Positions 60,764 through 64,000 of a stretch of DNA of 64,000 nt are shown one piece after another. The translations under genes and the position numbers were made by a program. The notes beneath the pieces are model-generated. The model made no database searches and was not told the origin of the DNA. It saw only the letters and a list, made by a program, of their open reading frames with translations. The stretch spans positions 868,001 to 932,000 of the forward strand of contig JAUFOQ010000010.1 of NCBI GenBank assembly GCA_040285855.1, given 5' to 3'. The number at the start of each line of letters is the position of its first letter. The stretch's first letter is position 1. The DNA is from Eukaryota sp. GEM-RC1. Taxonomy: Eukaryota.

Positions 60764-62780
60764 TTAATCAAGTTGTTCTACCCCTTCTATTTTAAGGTTA
60801 CTATTAACGGTTAACGCCTCTGCTAAAGCTCTAGCGCCTACATCTCCAATAAAGTTGTCCCTCAGGTCGAGCCTCGTAACAGTAGTATTAGACTTTAATG
60901 CAGTGGCTAAAGCTCTAGCGCCTTCATCTCCAATAGAATTGTAATCCAGAAAAACACCAGTAACTGTAGTATTAAGTTTAAACACCTCTGCTAAAGCTCT
61001 AGCGCCTTCATCTCCAATAGAGTTAGTCTGCAGATGAATACTTGTAACTGTAGAATTCACTTCTAATGCAGTGGCTAAAGCTCTAGCGCCTTCATCTCCA
61101 ATAGAGTTGTAATCCAGAAAAACACCAGTAACTTTAGTATTAACTGTTAAAACATCTGCTAAAGCTCTAGCACCTTCAACACCAATCAAATTATAACATA
61201 AATCAATACTTGTAACTGTAGTATTAACTTTTAACAACTCCGCTAAAGCTCTAGCGCCTACATTTCCAACAGAGTTATTACTTAGGTCAAGATCTGTAAC
61301 TATATTATTTACCTTTAATGCATCAGCGAAAGCTCTAGCACCTTCATCCCCGACAGAGTTGTACTCCACATATACACCATCAACTGTGTTATTTACTGTT
61401 AAAACATCTGCTAAAGCTCTAGCACCTTCAACACCAATAGAGTTTCCACCTAGATAAACACCAGTAACTGTGTTATTGACTTTTAAAGCATCTGCCAAAA
61501 CTCTTGCACCTGCATCTCCAATAGAGTTGTCCCATAGATAAAAACATGTTACAGTAGTATTAACAGATAACGTATCTGCCAAAACTTTAGCTCCTTCATC
61601 TCCAATAGAGTTTCCACCTAGATCAATAGCTGTGATTGTGTTATTAATTTTTAACATTTCTGCCAATTCTCTAGCACCTTCGTCTTCAATAGAGTTGCTA
61701 CTCAGATAAACACTTGTAACAGTAGTATTAACTGTTAACATTTTTGCCAATTCTCTAGCACCTTCAGATCCAATAGAGTTGTAGCTCAGATCAATACTTT
61801 TAATTGTAGTATTAACTTTTAAAGCTTCTGCCAAAGCTCTAACACCTTCAATTCCAATAGAGTTGCTACTCAGATTAATATTTGTAACAGTAGTATTAAC
61901 TTTTAAAGCTTCTGCCAAAGATTTAGCACCTTGCGCTTCAATAGAGTTTCCCCTTAGATTAACATTTGTAACAGTAGAATTGACTTTCAACAATTCAATA
62001 AATGACATCGAAATAGCACCATGAACACGCACATGAAGTTGCTTAAGACGTGGAAAGAACATGGAAGACTTGTTCAGAAACTCCAAATCATTGTGATTCT
62101 TTAATTCTAAATCCAATCCTGAAATTATGGGAGAATAACTTAGAAATTCTTCAACTAAAAAGGTCTCATTTACATGTAGGATCACAGATTTTTCCTTTAC
62201 ATCAAAGAAAGAAGCAAATGAACAGAGTTGAGGAAGGTCTTCAGGTACTACATGAAACGTGTTTGTCAGGAAAAACACCTTGACTGTTAATAGAGCGGAC
62301 TCAAAGAAATGTTGGCTTATATAGCCAACTGTGTTGAAGAGATTAGGTACTTGTTTTTTCAAGCTAAGAAGACCACGACTAGGTGCATTATCATCCTCGT
62401 CAGTGGAATTCGTTAGAAGTCGTCGTAACAAGTGAAGATGGATCGAAATCAACAAAGATTGCTGAAAATGTACAAACGTGGCTCTCCTAACAGGACTAGT
62501 TTTCGTGGTAGAGTGAGTAGGGGGGAGGAGGGAGAGGAAGATAAGAAGACATGGTCATTTCATTGAAGAGCGAACAATGGTCTCCAGCTTGGAGTGGCAT
62601 AGAGGGTTTTCCGTTGTTAAGTATGGGATTATTGATACTTACATCGTCAGAAGGTGGTAAGCTGAGAAAAATCTCTGAGTCTCGTTTAGAGGCTTTAGTC
62701 ATGCAGGGTTTTGTCATCGGTTGGACCGATTCTTGATCTTGATCAGAGGAATTGAGCATGGAAGCGGTTTGACTGGTCAT
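60764..62780 (-). CDS. LRR family protein (N-domain + 14 LRRs); one frameshift in the G-run near 62520
   Basis: 563-aa ORF 60764-62455; the upstream Ser/Pro-rich ORF joins through the homopolymer to ...FVHFQQSLLISIHLHLL. Confidence 0.88.
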
Positions 62781-62844
62781 AACAAGTAAGTTAGTGTTGA
62801 TTCGGAATTTTGCAGTGTTGTCATAAAATTTTTGGCTCCACAAC

Positions 62845-63002
62845 TAGAGATGAGAATATACTCCACTCAAGTACCACTGAGTATATACTCGAGTAGAGTA
62901 TTTGAGTAGAGTATATCAAGTTCTACTCGAGTTGTACTCATACTTACTTTTCAGGGACGGTGAGTAGTACTCGAGTACTACTCGAGCATTTTCCCATCTC
63001 TA
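62845..63002. mobile_element. 158-bp hAT-like MITE
   Basis: TIR TAGAGATGAGAA / TTCCCATCTCTA; internal TACTCGAGTA palindromic repeats; TSD not conserved. Confidence 0.7.
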
Positions 63003-63574
63003 CCTTAAACGGGTTTTTTGATTTTTGTTGAAAACTTCAGTGTTAGGTTCTCTGGTTGTGACAACTGCAGAATTTTAGGCACAAATACATATAATTAATA
63101 AAATAGCGACACATGGACACTATTAAATGTTTCAACCATCCAAAAAGAACTAAGTATTTAAATACTCTAAAGATGATTGATTTGTTAGTGCATAATGTGT
63201 CGAAATCATTGAAATCGGCATTTTCGCCATTGTGTTCAGAAAATGTCTTACAGGAGTTAGACATATTAGTAGATTAAATAGGGTTAGGGTTAACAGTAAC
63301 CCTGAGAGTAAACCCCGTTTAATAACTCTCCTGTAACGCTGTTTGAGATTCTAGCTGGCGTTATCAACAGGGTTATATGCGGGGTTACACATGGTGTTAC
63401 AATGGGGGTTGGGATTGAGGTTCGATCAGTGAAAATTGACATTAATCATTTATTCAATAAAGTCTCCTACTTTTAAAACAATTATTCAAACAATCTCAAT
63501 GTATCAATGACACTCGATTCAGCAAGGGCTATCGATTAATGTCAGTTAAAAGAAGGATCGATATCAGAGTTGAT

Positions 63575-63624
63575 ACCTTGTTTACTGGGGTTATGTAGTT
63601 TATAATAACCCAAGTAAACAAGGT
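63575..63624. other. 20-bp stem-loop
   Basis: ACCTTGTTTACTGGGGTTAT / ATAACCCAAGTAAACAAGGT, 19/20 paired, 10-nt loop. Confidence 0.8.
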
Positions 63625-63737
63625 TCTTCAAATTTTCAAAAACCTCCAAATCTCGTTGAATGTCATTGTTAGAAGTGTTGGGGGTGTTGTTTTAAGTTCA
63701 AAGAGCAATCAAGTAAAACTATATACAGTATAATAAA

Positions 63738-64000
63738 CTATAATTTTAAAGGTCTCTTTCTAGGATTGAACCAGTAGCGATCTCGTTCGTCTTGAAAGGC
63801 AGCTGTGGGATAGCGTTTACGACTATCAGGATACAGGATGACTTTCTTAGAGATCTTTGTATGTTTGCCCACATACCCAGTTTCTACAACACGGAAGTAT
63901 GTATGGGAGATAATCATACCTTTTTCCAGTTGTTGGAGGTATGGATCAGACCACGATGGCACAAAACGACATCGAATCTTCCCCACTTATTACCACATAA
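63738..64000 (-). pseudogene. Possible RPA70-like OB-fold fragment running off the window
   Basis: GKIRCRF...YLQQLEKGMII...FRVV.....KHT pattern recalls DUF223/RPA1 OB folds. Confidence 0.35.

Noticed and set aside
60800..62000. 84-bp periodic repeats with variable segments resembling a CRISPR array
   Set aside because: They are in-frame LRR coding repeats; no cas genes and the context is eukaryotic
63279..63292. TTAGGG-like telomeric repeat
   Set aside because: Only about two units; not enough for a telomere or a retroelement target call

Overview
AT-rich, apparently intron-poor eukaryotic (protist-like) DNA; nothing indicates a prokaryotic operon, rRNA, tRNA or CRISPR array. The window is a repeat-rich accessory region with three main components. 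(1) A multigene family of RNI/NLRC3-like LRR proteins with 28-aa (84-bp) repeats: six long copies carrying 5-14 repeats behind a shared ~150-aa N-terminal domain I cannot name, plus three short fragments of a second subfamily. One copy is fused to a membrane-anchored alpha/beta-hydrolase fragment and one is split by a pogo-like transposon. (2) Layered mobile elements: CRE-clade-like non-LTR retrotransposons (RT, zinc knuckle, restriction-like endonuclease; six pieces, two with clear TSDs), several hAT and Tc1/pogo MITEs with TIRs and TSDs, decayed hAT and MULE transposases, and gypsy integrase/protease relics. (3) Other host genes or pseudogenes: an intact vWA protein with a CaaX end, BTB-SPRY and BTB-Sel1 genes, a decayed and locally amplified DEAH helicase, and a bacterial-type AAA-ATPase-like/PD-(D/E)XK gene split by a MULE-carrying element. 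There is also a ~2.0-kb near-perfect tandem duplication and a ~0.94-kb inverted repeat. Many frameshifts lie in homopolymers, so some pseudogene calls may be long-read errors. All family calls come from manual motif recognition, not database searches.
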